A DNA stretch of 63,972 nucleotides, counting the filler, from Octopus bimaculoides (taxonomy: Eukaryota): the NCBI RefSeq assembly GCF_001194135.2. It is 8 parts of 8 records of this genome, joined end to end, with 100 filler letters (N's around TTAATTAATTAA, not from the genome) between each part and the next. Parts side by side here need not be neighbours in the genome. Positions count along the whole stretch, not along the records: positions 62,851 to 63,972 come from NC_068990.1; 7 more parts are not named here. One strand, given 5' to 3'. The translations under genes and the position numbers were made by a program. Below, one piece after another: positions 63,565-63,972 of this stretch (positions are counted from its first letter, which is position 1; every line of letters begins with the position of its first letter). The notes beneath the pieces are model-generated. The model ran no database searches. It saw only the letters and a program-made list of their open reading frames with translations, and was not told the DNA's origin.

Positions 63565-63972
63565 AGTATTATCTTCCTTTCAACTTCTATATCATTTTCT
63601 TTCTCTTAAGAGTTATAATAGCGAGGACTCACTACGTCATTTTCTCTAAACTAGAATCTATAATTTTCTCGTTCATATTTGAACTTTTTGCCTTTCAATT
63701 TTTCTCTGTTTATTACTTATTCTCGAAGCTGATGGATATATAGCGGTATGTAAAACTGAATCAGAATATCACTCGTAAAACTTTTTATTGATGTATCCGA
63801 AGAGACCCAGAACGGGTCCATCTATTTTATTAATACTGTTAATACCGCCACTACGAAGTTCCTGCAATAAATTTAGGATAGCAACAGGCAATCGAAACTG
63901 TGCTGTTGCTTTACTCATCATCTATTTATACATTTTGTATAATTTCTCCATTATATATATATATATATATAT

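Overview
AT-rich animal genomic DNA dominated by microsatellites and repeats, most likely from an octopus-like coleoid cephalopod (inferred from the repeat landscape). The window is not one continuous sequence: seven identical 100-bp spacers (44 N + TTAATTAATTAA + 44 N) split it into eight joined pieces, and there are many ordinary N gaps. The only clear host gene is eyes absent (eya): five internal + strand exons (24342-31542) splice in frame and encode most of the conserved EYA/HAD phosphatase domain. The WDLDET exon and the last exons were not found. The rest is mostly mobile DNA: four tRNA-headed SINE families (my labels A-D), many truncated copies of an RTE-clade LINE with a (GAT)n tail and a tandemly repeated 3' UTR, decayed Tc1/mariner transposases, several MITEs and a Helentron-type element. 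Almost all ORFs in the supplied track are artefacts of simple repeats or N runs. I found no convincing new biological system. The best leads are a PHD-type finger inside the LINE ORF2, a possible twin-priming inversion, tandem SINE multimers, inverted SINE pairs around eya exons, several long hairpins and one promoter-like motif cluster. Repeat boundaries were judged by eye and are approximate.
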